Shown here: one piece after another, positions 23,872-35,420 of the stretch
How positions within the stretch are numbered: the stretch's first letter is position 1
Layout of the letters: each line of letters opens with the position of its first letter
Assembly (NCBI GenBank): GCA_030390025.1
Contig: CM059438.1
Coordinates: 64,172,001-64,236,000, forward strand
Direction: 5' to 3'
From: Squalus acanthias
Lineage: Eukaryota
DNA length: 64,000 bases
Program-made: the position numbers and the translations under genes
The notes under the pieces: generated by a model
Databases searched by the model: none
Seen by the model: the letters and a program-made list of their open reading frames with translations, nothing else
Told to the model about the DNA's origin: nothing

Positions 23872-25562
23872 GGGCCAGAAATTCATCTCTCCGGCTTCCC
23901 GCGGGTGCAAGAATCGCGCGCGTACTTACCTACCGCGCCTGCCGTTGTGCTTCGGGCCCGCGTGGAATTCGGGTCCTGGGCCTCCTGCAGCTGCCGGCGC
24001 GCAGTGCTTGCGTATCCCAGGGGCGCAGTTAGTTCGAAGCGTCCCCTGGGATCACGTGGGCCATGGAGAGCCAATCGGAGCAGGGAATCTTCATTCATAG
24101 ATTTTGACAGGAAGGCCTGTTAAATCTATGAATAGAGATCGGCCCCAAAACCTCACTAAAACTTGTCTCCACTGCTGTCCCTGTCTCCACCATCTGCTGA
24201 TGCTCACTTGTGAGCTGTGATACACCAGGTGACAACACTACACTATCTCGCGCAGTTCCCACCGAGGTGTGAGTGTCTGCGCTGGTGCTGGGTGCGCCCT
24301 CAGAGGTTACAGCTTCCTCTGAGGAGTCTTCAGGCTCAGGCTGTTCCTCCTGGACAGTGGGGACGGGGGCTGTCGATTGTCCTGTGGGGGAGTAAAGGAA
24401 AGAGTTAGAGATGTGAGGTAACGTTTGCATATACATTAAATTGTACAGATGATCATAAGTTAATCTGTTAGGCCTTCAGAATCATTATCAGTTACTCATG
24501 CAATGTCAATGAGAGAGATGCAAAACTATTCTGTCACCAGCTTGCTGTGATGCGCCCGTCTGTCCGTCCCCCACTTGCGCATCCTCCTCCACTCCCACAA
24601 TCTGCAGGGCTGCCTCCTCTGCAGTGGTGAGCTGGGCTACAGAGGGTGGCCCTCCTCCTGTCCTCGCCCTCTCCCTCTTATTGTGGGCTCTCTTTTCCTG
24701 CAATGAGGGACACAAGTGGAGTTTGAGTGAAAATGAAGGAGTGAGTGTAGAGATTCCATAGCATAGATGCTTAGAAGGAGACAAAGATGGAGTGAGGTGC
24801 CAAGACCAAGGGCCCTCCCTGTGTGTTGTAAGTTGTTGTCATAGCATCACAGCGATAGGGAGAGTGAGGGCTGCATAGTCAAATAGTTAAGTGAATGTGA
24901 ACATACAGTGAGAGGGAATGGGTAAGGGTGCAGGGATGTCAGTGTCAAGTGGGATGTGGAGGAAGAGGTTGGCAAAGCTGAGTGCTGGTGAGGAGAGGCG
25001 ATGGGGATCAGATTGAGGGTGATGGGAAAGTCATACTCACTTTTCCTGTGCGGAGAAGGTCATGAAACCTCTTCCTGCACTGCAGCCAGGTTCTGCGGCA
25101 CATAGACATTGAGTTGACCTCCTGGGCCACTTGCATCCACACAGCTTTAGTCTGCTGGGGAGGCTTTTTCCTCCCTGAGGAAGGGAAGAGCACCTCCTTA
25201 TTTGATCTTGCTCCCTCCACCAGAGCTTGCAGGGCGGCGCCATCGAACCGTGGAGCACACTTTGGCCTACTGCTGGACATATTTGCTGAATGAAGCGATC
25301 ACAACAATGGCCATAAAGTTTGCAGTCTCCAGAAGAAGCAAGGCTGCTTGCAGGCCTTAAATCCAGCAGCACTGAAGACGTCATCGGAGGCGACTTTCAG
25401 GATGGAAAGACTCATTGGGCCAGGGGTTCCCACACGCTGGAAATCAAGTGCCCAATTAGGGGAAAATCGCACTTATTTCCCACTTCACATCGGAGTCGGG
25501 TTCCTGACACGAAAACCACCTGACACGCCCCAGCCTAACCCCAATGGCAAAATCCAGTTTCC
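23872..25562 (-). mobile_element. Composite Harbinger remnant: Myb/SANT gene 5' part joined to one end of a different MITE family
   Basis: Myb exons at 25041-25280, 24538-24697 and from 24381, truncated near 24160, closely similar to 6501-7640. Segment 23872-24160 resembles the reverse complement of 54325-54603. Confidence 0.8.
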
Positions 25563-25739
25563 ATTGTCATACACCTGGGGGTAGAGTTTCTGCTTGTGTA
25601 CTCTAATAATATCAGCGTAATCTGGGCAAAATCAGCCAAACCAACACACAAGATTGTGGAATTTTAAACTTAATTACGTTATGCCCAAAACCACGTACTT
25701 TCGTGTTCACCACGATATTTTACGTTGGTGTAAGATTCA

Positions 25740-25812
25740 GGGGGCAATTTTGCCAGCCCTGGGGAGGCGGGTATGGAGGTGGGACTGCTGGGAAAATGGC
25801 AGAATTTGGGGA
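25740..25812 (+). mobile_element. Isolated Harbinger MITE terminus
   Basis: GGGGCAATTTTGCCAGCCCTGGGGAGGCGGG matches the reverse complement of 30957-31028. Confidence 0.7.
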
Positions 25813-26659
25813 CTAGTGTACACCAAATACATTTCTCAATGGTTCTGTATCGTTATTTTTTAAGTCATTTTCAGTGATTTTAAATCAGGTTACTCACAGG
25901 TGGAGGACCGGACAATCTTAATCAAAACGCTTATTTTTGCAGATAAACACATTTTCAGCTGTATTAATAAAACTGCACCAGTTTACCACTCTCAAATACG
26001 TCAAGGAATAGTGTTAAATGAAAAAAAAAAGAAACGATTATGTTCCATTACGCTGCCCGATTGCACTGGTTCATTGAAGGTTTTACATTTGTGATTATGC
26101 AAATGAGTTTTATCGGAAGCTTGAACTGTAAACTGACCTGCGCAATTCCTGGCACAGTTTCGGCGCAATTTCCTGATTGTGTCCAACGTGGAAGCTCAAC
26201 CCCTTGGAGTTCACAGTGCAAGGCAGGTCTACATGAGTTTTTGGAAGCAGGAAAGGGCCATTAATCCCAGCGAACCCATCCCTGTGTGAGAGGTCTCCGC
26301 CCGATATGCCTGCCACCTCACCATGTCCCTCAATCCCTTCTTCCTCTAGAAATATATCTACAGGAAACTCTTTGGTATCCGGCACCGACGGGACCGGCGT
26401 GGTGCCGGTTGATCGAAAGTTCCGGATAATGGAGAGTTATATCTACTGAGGCTATTTTTAACAAAGAAAAATAAAAAAAATCAAGAAATGTGCAGTATAC
26501 AGTATTTGGGTACTCACCTACAGAATGTTGTGTTAAATGGATGGTGGAAGATGCTTGATTAAGTACAGTACTGCCAGTTGAGGGTAATCCATAACTCTTT
26601 AATTACTTAACAGTAAAACTAAACTTATAAACGACTGTATACTGTAGTTGACTGTACAC

Positions 26660-28426
26660 TTATTCCGAGTCATCTGGTTCATCAGAAATATCCATGCCAG
26701 CTGGGTCATCAGGATCATGCAGTTCCACAGATGCCACAGATTCTTCAGGCACTTCCGCTGCTGCGACTCTTTTGGAAGCTTTCTTAAACATGTTGCGGAT
26801 GTCGGTTTGCTTAGTGGACTCTTGCCTTTTCTGCAGAAAGGTGGAATGCAGAATATGGAGTTGCATAACTTCTTGGGCAGAGTAGCAAGCCTGCCTTTCA
26901 GCAAATTTGAGGAATGAAGATAATCCTTCTGCAGCTTTAGCCCAAGAAATCTTCTCTTCTTCAGAAATATCATCCTCTTCACTTTCCATCTCACTTTCCT
27001 TTTCTTTCTTTGGATTCAAAACATTCTCAATTATTTCATCATCACTTAGCATATGCACAACACCAACTTCTCTATCTACATCAACCCACTGCTCGATATC
27101 ACTTTCACTGAGGTGATGTAGAGGGTTTGCTGGGCCTGCATTTTTCACCATGCCAGCCATTTCAATTATTGTACTCTTCTTGGGACGAACATTGAACCCA
27201 TGAAATTCCTCCTCTGAAGAAGAACCTTCAGCAAACATTACAGAAGGCCACAATTTGCGCCAGGCTTGCCTCAGAGTGTGACCTTTCACAAAGTTCCAGG
27301 AACATGCAACATTATAGATGGCATCTTTAATATTGTATTCCTTCTGAAATTCTTGAATATTGTCATCTTGGCTTATCAGTTTACGTAGGAAGTCTTTCTT
27401 GTAATGACACTTCAGATTTTGGATAACGCCCTGGTCCATGGGTTGGATGAGAGAAGTTACATTTGGTGGCAAATAAATGGTGAAAATATTTCCCGAAACC
27501 AACTCGGATTCATGCGGATGGGCTCTACAATTATCAAGCAATTAAATGCATTTGCTATCTTCAGGTTTCCCTATTTTACGGAAATGTTCCCTCACAGATG
27601 GAACAAAAATATGATGGAACCAATCGGAGAAGATTTCCTTATCCATCCAAGCATTTTTTTGAGCTTTGTACTCAACAGGTAAGTGCCTCACATTTTTAAA
27701 TGCACAGGGATTTTTATACTTCCCGATAACAAGAAGTTTAACCCGGTGTGATCCAGCAGCGTTCGCACATGTTAGCACTGTTACACGATCCTTATTTTTC
27801 TTGTAACCTGAAGCATTAGCCTCACTAGCCCCAGCAAGCGTTGATTCTGGCAAAAACCTCCAAAACAAGCCAGTTTCATCGGCATTGTATATCTGTGCTG
27901 GCGACAAATCATGTTGCTGCACAATCCGATTGAAATAATCGCAGTATTCTTCTGCGGCGTCGTGATCAGCTGATTTCTTCTCCCCGGAAATATCGAGTCG
28001 TCGTATCCCGTGCCGTAACTTGAAGCACGTTAGCCATCCCTCGGAGAAAGCACACTTGTCAGTGAGCTCTATCCTTTCGTAGAAATCCTTCGCTTTCTCA
28101 ATTAGCATATGTCCGGAAATTGGAACACCCTCTGAACGCTTAAGAGAAAACCATTCATAAAGCACGGTATCCAGCTCTTCAAGCTTAGGCTTACGAAGCG
28201 TACGCCGTTTCTCTACACTCTTAGATGTCTCAGAGCTTGAATAAAACTTGAGCAGCTTATCCTTCTGCGATTTGATGTCGTAGATTGTTGACGAACCGAT
28301 TTTGAATTCATTCATAATGTTGATACGCTTCTCTCCCCTTTCTAGTCGTTGGCGTATCTCGATTTTCTGTTTTAAAGTTAAGACCACTCTCTTCCTTTTG
28401 CTTGGACCAGCTTTTGGGAATTCCAT
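26660..28426 (-). pseudogene. Tigger/Jerky-like transposase (CENP-B-type HTHs + DDE_1), about 588 codons with one in-frame stop
   Basis: [44 protein letters not shown] and IQPMDQG. The two ORF halves abut in frame across TAA at 27542-27544. Confidence 0.92.
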
Positions 28427-28475
28427 TATGCAAGATGGAGGAGATAATTGCCGATGAAGATGGAAAGACACACAG

Positions 28476-28706
28476 AACAATGGTGGCTAGGAAGAGACTA
28501 CCAGCAGCGTGGGAGACACACAGTAAAATGGTGGATCAGAAGAGACTACCAGCAGCGTGGGAGACACACAGTAAAATGGTGGATCAGAAGAGACTACCAG
28601 CAGCGTGGCAGACACACAGTAAAATGATGTATCAGAAGAGACTACCAGCAGCGTGGGAGACACACAGCAAAATGGCCGATCAGAAGAGCCTCCCAGCAGC
28701 GCGGGA
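28476..28706. repeat. 48-bp tandem repeat (about 5 copies) upstream of the Tigger transposase
   Basis: Unit AAAATGGTGGATCAGAAGAGACTACCAGCAGCGTGGGAGACACACAGT. Confidence 0.92.
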
Positions 28707-29291
28707 GAATCAGACTCCTGTTACTGCAGTGTTCGGACTTCCGACAGCGCCAGGAGGCTGAGTAGTGGCACTTTGGAGAACTAGCCCCACTGACTAACTC
28801 GGCGTTCGTGGGAGACTCGGACTCGGCAACATTGCCGGTTATTTGAGAGGAGTTTCGGAGTACTCGGCGTTCGCGGGAGACTTGAACTCGGACTCGGCAA
28901 CATTGCCGGTTATTTGAGAGGAGTTTTCGGAGGATGATTTTTGCCGGTTAAGAGAGAATTCCGGATATTTAGGTGCCGGTTAAACAAGAGTTTCCTGTAA
29001 TTATCTTGTGGACCCACTTCTGCTTTCTGCTTTAGTGGTGTCTTCAGGTAACTTGTTCTACAAGACTTTAACCCTCTAGATCACTTTTCCCCTTATTCCT
29101 GAATTCCTAGTTTTTCAACGTACTTGACACAGAGGAGTCTTATACCACTGCAGTTTAACTGTAAAGGGTATTGGACCTATCAAAACAGTGAACAAATTCC
29201 AGGTCAAATTCATCAATTTCCTCTGTAATCTTGAAAGCCTTAATTAGATAATCCTGAAGTCCCTTATATTTCAAAGAAGACAAGACATAAA

Positions 29292-30178
29292 GGGCGAAAA
29301 ATTCAGTTGGTTGCGCCTCCCGTTAGCGCCTTAAGAGGGCGCTAATGGGGCGCAAAGCAACTAGCGCCCGGGCGCGGCGATGTTTGTGCCGCTCGCGAAA
29401 TTAACTAGACATTTTGCGGCGGCGCTAAACAGTACCACCACGATCTCCTGCGCCGGCAGATCGTGACGTCAGTCGAGTGCGCAACGCCCCGGTAGCGCCC
29501 CTGAGCGGATATTGAGTGGCGCCCCCTGCCTTACCGCCTGCCACTAGCAACGACAGGTTGAGGGGAGCGTTTTGCAGTCAGGAAGGGACTGGGGGAGCGC
29601 TATTTAAAGCCGACCATTTCCTGCCTTTTTTTGTTGGCGACATTTTTGCACCACGCATTCTGAGAGAGAGAGACTTCTGGAGAGATTCAACGCTGTGTGA
29701 AGGAGTTTTGGGTACTGAGCAGCACTTTGCAGGTTCATTTTAATTTGCCCTTCCTTGCATCTATTTAGAAGAGACTGTGGGGGCTGCACTCTGAGCTCTT
29801 TCCCTGGGCCTCTCCATTGTTATTTCCAGCAGATTTGATGTACAGGTCTCTCCAGGCCGAGATTCAAGGCTGCAATGAGCAGGATGTGGATGGAGAGCAA
29901 GATCAACCCTCCCCTTTAAGAACTGGCCGGGGCCATTGTGTCTGTGATCCATTGCTGACTGACATCACATGAGCTTCGCCAGTGCTCTGAGTTAGCGCCT
30001 CGCTCCTCGGCCTTTGCGCCTTAAGACAGATGTGTAGCGCCTGATTTAGCGCTCCAATCACCTCCAGGGGCGATAAAAGTCAAGTTTGCAGTCGGAGGCG
30101 ATAATTAGCGCCTGGCGCTAATCTTTGCGCCCAGCCGATAATTGCGCCCCAAACGGGGCGATACTGAATTTTTCCCCC
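29292..30178. mobile_element. Non-autonomous Harbinger-type element (family B)
   Basis: TIR GGG(C/G)GAAAAATTCAGT with an AAA TSD. An inverted copy lies at 56276-57170. Confidence 0.88.
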
Positions 30179-30210
30179 AAAGCTTTCTTAAACTTTCCTT
30201 ATAACTTAAA

Positions 30211-31028
30211 GGATGTGATTTTGTTAATCGGGGCGCGTTGGAGACGGGACTGCTGCTTGTCGGGTCGATGTCCCGCCTCCATCGATTTGTGGCCAACCCA
30301 CGCTATTTTCCCTTGATTAACCTTGTTAAGCCCGCCCAGCGGGCTTAGCAGGCCAATTAAGGGAAAGCCGGTTACAGAGAATGTCAGCGTATGACGTTTC
30401 ATCTGTCAAAAATTTTTGACAGGTGAATTGTCATCGTTTGACAGCTCTGTGAAGCTGTCAAACACTGACATTCTCCGTAGTTTGATGAGTTCTTGAATTC
30501 AAGACTCATCAAACTTCTTTCTTTTGCAGAAATGAGATGGTTGTTGCATTGGAGAATGCAACAGCGATCTGTCATCTCTACCGCAGAGGTGCGAGACTCT
30601 CCGCATACCCACCGATTGAAGCCTGCAGGAAGAAACAACGGTAAGTACACTTCTTCTAACACTTTCCACTTACCTCAGATGCTCACCTCTCCACACTTGC
30701 ACCCATCACTTACCTTCACAGCACACTTTTGGACCTTTCTGACCCCCGTTGACCCACTACTCGCCTCGGTGACCCTGGCGGGGTTCGGAGCCTTCGGGAA
30801 GCCCGCACTTGTGTGAGTAAAATGGGGATAATCCTCTTATCTGCCTGTTAACTACCTGTTAACAGGCAGATAAGTGGCATTAATCCCCTTCCCACCTCCA
30901 AGGGGACGGGACCCAGCGCGGGACGGCTACCCGCCTCCTGGCAAGATGGCACCCGCCCCCAAATTCTGCCATTTTCCCGGCAGTCCCGCCTCCATTCCCG
31001 CCTCCCCAGGGCTGGCAAGATTGTGCCC
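30211..31028. mobile_element. Non-autonomous Harbinger-type element related to family A (opposite orientation)
   Basis: AAA TSD. The right end reads GGGCACAATCTTGCCAGCCCTG on the minus strand. Shares internal blocks with 1372-2227. Confidence 0.8.
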
Positions 31029-31059
31029 AAATTTTCATTATCTTTTGTCATCCCTTGGC

Positions 31060-31360
31060 TGCACTGCAGCAACACACCAAGGCTTCTTCGGCAGCACCTC
31101 CCAAACCCGCAACCTCCACCATCACGGGTACACAGCAGGTACACGGCAACCCCATCACCTCCAAATCACACACCATCCTGGCTTGGGTATATATCGCCGA
31201 TCCTTCATTGTCGCTGGGTCAAAATCCTGGAACTCCCTACCCAACAGCACTGTGGGAGTACCTTCGCCACACGGACTGCAGCGGTTCAAGGCTGAAACCC
31301 ACCACCACCTTCTCGAGGGCAACTAGGGATTGCCAGTGACGCCCACATCCCAAGAATACA
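31060..31360 (+). mobile_element. 3' fragment of the LINE family at 14889-18478
   Basis: SFIVAGSKSWNSLPNSTVGVPSPHGLQRFK...LLEGN followed by the CACATCCC 3'UTR. Confidence 0.85.
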
Positions 31361-32535
31361 TTTTTAAAAACTTCAATAAATGCAATAGTTGGGAGCAGTT
31401 TTATTAAAAATTGATGCCAAATTATATATATGTGTATGTAAATAATTCAACGTACTTGACACAGAGGCGTCTTATACCACTGCAGTTTAACTTGTAGATT
31501 TAGAAGCCATCCATTCTACAGTGTGACTGAATGACAGTGCCTAGTACTGGATAAAACCATTGTTCCTTTTGTCAAGACTGAAGTACTGTCACCGTTGTAT
31601 TATAAATGCTGCTCCATGGTGGCGGGGAAGAGAGAGCGTGAAGGATGTTGTACATGAAGGAGAGTACGCAAGTGCTGTGTTTACCTCCGTTGTAGGTTAA
31701 GATATTTTTCTTGCCAATTAAATGGGAAGGAAGTTTCCTTTAATACGAATGAAGCATAAAGTCCGAACGGATGGGCACTATATTGAGCTACGCTAAAGCT
31801 GATGTTGAATCTGCATCTTCTGTTGTCTGCTTTGTATTCAAGCTCTAATTGGAAGTCAGTCCGATGTGAGGGAGATGATGGGCCATTTCTCTTCATACTC
31901 GCTGAAGGCTGAAAATATGGCACTTGTTTGAGACTGTACAACAGTTGTTGCAGTCTGTTGATTTGAAGGAGGACTGCAGTCCACCGCCCAATGTAATCGT
32001 GACCTGTTCTGCACATGTGACTTTAATGGCAAATGTGCCGTTGTGTGGGTGGCGTGGGAATGATTGAAAGACACGCTGCTAAGATGCTCCCTTCTTTTGC
32101 CCTCACTGAAAAGGGAGAGATTGCCAAAACCGAGCATCAAAAATGCATCTTCTCATTACTTTCTGTGTGCATATGACTGCAATGCTATTTACAAGGGGAA
32201 TATGGGGATCAAATATAATCCTTCACAGGAGTGACAACCTGTTCAGAGCAAACTAATGTAATATTTTCAGATGAGAAACAAAACGAAACCTAATAGATAG
32301 AAATGATTAGGATTGATTGTGTGGGATAGATTTTGTAGCAGGTGACCTCAATTTGTGGCACCGTGTGGTAGCATCAGCAGAAAAATCACTCACACGACAG
32401 TTTGAAAGCTGCCGCAGCTTCTGCTGTCCCACACGCATTGTGTACTCCTCCTGCCTCACATAGCAGCCTCCGCACGCAGGGCAAACTCTTCCTCCCAAAC
32501 ACTTGTACCATTCAACTGTCACTGTATTTCTTTTT

Positions 32536-32884
32536 AGTCAGAATGTTGTAGGTTCAAGCCCCGCTCCAAAGTCTTGGGCGCAAGGACCAGGCTAACACTC
32601 CAGTGCAGTGCTGAGGGAGCGCTGCACTGTCGGAGCTGCCGTCTTTCGGATGAGACGTTAAACCGAGGCCCAGTCTGCCCTCTGAGGTGGATGTAATAGA
32701 TCCCATGGCACTATTTGAAAGAAGAGCAGGGGAGTTCTCCCCGGTGTCCTGGCCAATATTTATCCCCTCACCAATGTAACTAAATCAGATTATCTGGTAA
32801 TTATCTTATTTCTGTTTGTGGGACCTTGCTGTGCGCGAATTGGCTGTCGCATTTCTTACATTACAACAGTGACTACACTTCAGG
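32536..32884 (+). mobile_element. Partial Deu-domain SINE
   Basis: B box GGTTCAAGCC and a core matching 63375-63720. Confidence 0.85.
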
Positions 32885-33364
32885 TAGTGAATTGTTGTTG
32901 AAGATTTAAAAAGTCAAATTTTTGATTCTTTTTCTTACTTTTCCTTTCTGTCTCTTTTCTCTCTCTTAATCCAATCTTTCGTTCCCTCTCTTTATTTCTC
33001 TTTCTATACCTGATTTAACTCTAATTCATCCTCCTTCTCAGTCCTGCCTCTGTTTATTTCTCAATTCTTAAATCTCATTAGTTAAGATACACTGTTTGTC
33101 CCATCGCTCACCAAGGTTCCAGAAGCCCCACTGCCCTCCTTACCAGTTCGCACTTCAAGCAAGTTACAGGGCAAACCATTTTTGAGCTGAAGGATGCTGG
33201 AAAATGTCTAATTAACAAGGCAGGCAGTGAGATGCTCCACTCCAGAAAAATCCAGCCCAATGCTTATTAAGCAGAACCCACTCATAGACTGGAGATATGG
33301 TAGGAGAGGACAGCTAGTCTCTGGTGATGTTGCAGCAGTGTCTACCACCCCGATTTTAACTTTT

Positions 33365-34068
33365 TTTAAATTTGTTCATGGGATGTGGGCGTCGCTGGCA
33401 AGGCCAACATTTATTGCCCATTCCTAGTTGCCCTTGAGATGGTGGTGGTGAGCCACCTTCTTGAACCGCTGCAGTCCGTGTCGTGAAGGTACTCCCACAG
33501 TGCTGTTAGGTAGGGAGTTCCAGGATTTTGACCCAGCGACGATGAAGGATCGGCGATATGCTTCCAAGTCAGGATGGTGTGTGACTTGGAGGGGAACTTG
33601 GAGGTGGTGGTGTTCCCATGCGCCTGCTGCCCTTGTACTTCCAGGTGGTAGAGGTCACGGGTTTGGGAGGTGCTGCCGAAGAAGCCTTGGCGAGTTGCTG
33701 CAGTGCACCTTGTAGATGGTACACACTGCAGCCACGGTATGCCGGTGGTGGAGGGAGTGACTGTTTAAGGTGGTCGATGGGGTGCCAATCAAGCGGGATG
33801 CTTTGTCCTGGATGGTGTCAAGCTTCTTGAGTGTTGTTGCAGCTGCACTCATCCAGGCAAGTGGAGAGTATTCCATCACACTCCTGGCTTGTGCCTTGTA
33901 GATGGTGGAAAGGCTTTGGGGAGTCAGGAGGTGAGAATATCCAGCTTCTGACCTGCTCTTGTTGTCACAGTATTTATGTGGCTGGTCCAGTTAAGTTTCT
34001 GGTCAATGGTGACCCCCAGGATTTGATTGGTGGGGGATTCGGCGATGGTAATACTGTTGAATGTCAAG
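33365..34068 (-). mobile_element. 3' fragment of the LINE family at 14889-18478
   Basis: MEYSPLAWMSAAATTLKKLDTIQDKA and the same 3'UTR. Confidence 0.9.
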
Positions 34069-35420
34069 AGGCGAGTTTCCGGCGGGTGAGTTTCGGTGTC
34101 AATTCAAAACTCACCCGTTGCAGCAAAAAAGAGGCCCGAGGTTGGTTAACTCCCGGGCCTCAATTAGATACCGCTGACTGACTTCCCACCCATTCCGGGC
34201 GGGAAGCATTGGCCGTTCCTGAGGCGCGGAGGCCGCACGTCGAGACCAGGTGATTGACAGGGTCGGCTGCTGGACCGTCCCGTGATCAGGAGGGGGAACA
34301 TTGTGAGATGACAACGGGGAGACCTAAGCTATCCTTGTGGGACCGGCAGGAGCACTTCAACTCTTCTGGCCCCATAAAGAAAGTAAAAAACAAACATAAA
34401 ACTTACCTTTGATGTCCATATTTAGAAACCAAACCCAGCAAGATCAAATGCTCCTGTAAAGTGCACTTTTTACCCATTGCTATGGAATAGACTACCCAAT
34501 CAGACTCATTGCTGCAAACTTCATCTCCTAAATTGAAAACACCGCTACCAATTTAATACCTGAAAAGTGCCAGTTATTCAGCTGGAGCTCAGCAATAAGA
34601 ACCCTCTGGTGAACATGTAGCAAAAATAGCACTGGGCAGTTTGAGTCGTCCATTTACTTAACTCCTATTCAAGCTGTGAGGAATCCTCTGTGCTATGAGC
34701 CAAGCTGGCTGTGCAAGTGATACAATCATATCAAATACACGCAGTTTGTTTTAAGAGTCAGCACTAGAAAATGTTGCACAGATTTCATCGCTATGGCAAT
34801 AGTCCCGGCACACCCCTTTGCAAGAAGACATTACCCTGTTAGCGATTTGTCTATTTCGTGCCATGGTCAGACATAAATTACTTGCAGTTACTGACAGTTG
34901 AAGTATTGCCGCACTCCGGACGCCCAAAGTGGACAATATTGTTTTGCAGAAGTCAAGAGGCTGTTACCCTGGTGCACCAATTCCCAATACTGCCTGACAA
35001 TTAAATGGCATTTTGTGATGAAGAGTATTTAACTCCGTATTTGCTTTCAATAGGGTCACTTCTGTTCCTTATTACTAAGTGTGAATTAAACCACAACAAG
35101 ATCCAAGAATTTGGAAAAGTGATTATGGAGGCAGAGGGCATCTTGTGATGAACACTAATTGGATGAATGGAACTTCTAACAGCACTTTTTATTCCATGTA
35201 TATCAGGAGAATCAGGCAGTAATATCAAATATGATATAGCAGAGGAGCTTACTAACAGTCTATGGAGCTAAGTAGTAAAGTCCAGGGTGTGCAAAGCCTA
35301 CATCTAGTTTTAAGTAATTAACATTAGTTTGTTGGCCTGCAATTAATTGTTCGAGTGTATCCTTTTCATGGCTTACTGTGGTTATCCAGGTTTCAGAGCA
35401 CCAAACCCCTGACTCACATA

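Larger units (their letters stand above)
26361..28997 (-). mobile_element. Tigger/pogo (Tc1/mariner superfamily) DNA transposon, full length
   Basis: TA TSD on both sides. 26-bp imperfect TIR CAGGAAACTCTT...CCGGCACC. Internal transposase. Confidence 0.95.

Noticed and set aside
26660..28426. Domesticated JRK/JRKL/TIGD gene
   Set aside because: Retains TIRs and a TA TSD and has an internal stop.
28402..28761. ORF with repeated KMVDQKRLPAAWETHS peptide
   Set aside because: By-product of a 48-bp DNA repeat, antisense to the transposase.
31600..31623. Perfect Kozak GCCACCATGG on the minus strand
   Set aside because: Opens only MEQHL-stop, and no supporting exon structure or recognisable protein lies nearby.
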